Shown here: piece after piece, positions 63,722-64,000 of the stretch
How the letters are laid out: the number at the start of each line of letters is the position of its first letter
How positions within the stretch are numbered: position 1 is the first letter of the stretch
From: Euprymna scolopes
Taxonomy: Eukaryota
Reading direction: 5' to 3' (one strand)
NCBI GenBank assembly: GCA_053919585.1
Contig: CM132791.1
DNA length: 64,000 nucleotides
The notes under the pieces: model-generated
Databases searched by the model: none
Told to the model about the DNA's origin: nothing
Seen by the model: the letters and a program-made list of their open reading frames with translations, nothing else
Made by a program: the position numbers and the translations under genes

Positions 63722-63990
63722 TTAGGAATCTGCACATAACTTTGAATAGAATTCTTTACTTAATCCATAGGTGTAGCATGTTCTCGTTCCATCAGCCATG
63801 ACCAAGTAGAAGTCTAAATACAATTTCAAATTACTTAAGACTTCTATCCGGTTATGGTTGAGGGATTGAAAGCATACTACCTTCAAGGGTTGTGTTTGAA
63901 ATTCCGGGCAGATTCCCGAGTTTGACAAAGTACACCTGATCAGAAGTTACATAACGCTCAAGATGAGAACAATAGCCCAAATAACACAAA
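63722..63990. mobile_element. Inverted pair of segments from the same Penelope-type repeat family
   Basis: GACTTCTA..GGT.ATGG.TGA.GGA...GCAGATTCC occurs on the minus strand (63,815-63,722) and the plus strand (63,839-63,920). The plus arm continues into ACACCTGA..AAGATGAGAACA, as in the 62.8-kb copy. Another fragment lies at ~57,060. Confidence 0.6.
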
Positions 63991-64000
63991 ATACTTTGAT

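Noticed and set aside
17474-63928. Short ORFs of 60-110 aa across the AT-rich region
   Set aside because: They are low-complexity (poly-K, poly-F, IYIY from microsatellites) or lie inside transposon relics; none resembles a host protein.

Overview
This is eukaryotic (animal-like), AT-rich, repeat-dominated DNA. I find no convincing host protein-coding gene and no prokaryotic system. Positions 1 to about 15,075 are one satellite array: a 36-bp monomer ACTGGAGGATTTCCCTCCTCACTCCATTCCATAGAT with a 100-N gap near the start, and a diverged 38-bp subtype at its right edge. All ORFs listed there are artefacts of the repeat. The remaining ~49 kb is a graveyard of transposable elements: two CR1/Jockey-like LINE subfamilies (one 1.5-kb reverse-transcriptase fragment is nearly intact), an internally deleted mariner, hAT-type MITEs with 8-bp target duplications, non-autonomous Helitrons (one head-to-tail tandem), 5S-derived and tailed SINE-like copies, Penelope-like relics, minisatellites and (TA)n. 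The most interesting signals are: (1) a near-perfect recursive-splice (ratchet) site, pyrimidine tract-CAG|GTAAGT at 16,161-16,183, preceded by ~540 AG-free nt that are mostly a tandem amplification of its own branch/pyrimidine module, which suggests the window lies inside a giant + strand intron; (2) several hammerhead-ribozyme-like motifs linked to Penelope-like elements, most with broken cores (three carry the classic G5A change); (3) nested higher-order structure in the satellite. All family assignments are by-eye motif recognition; no database was searched.
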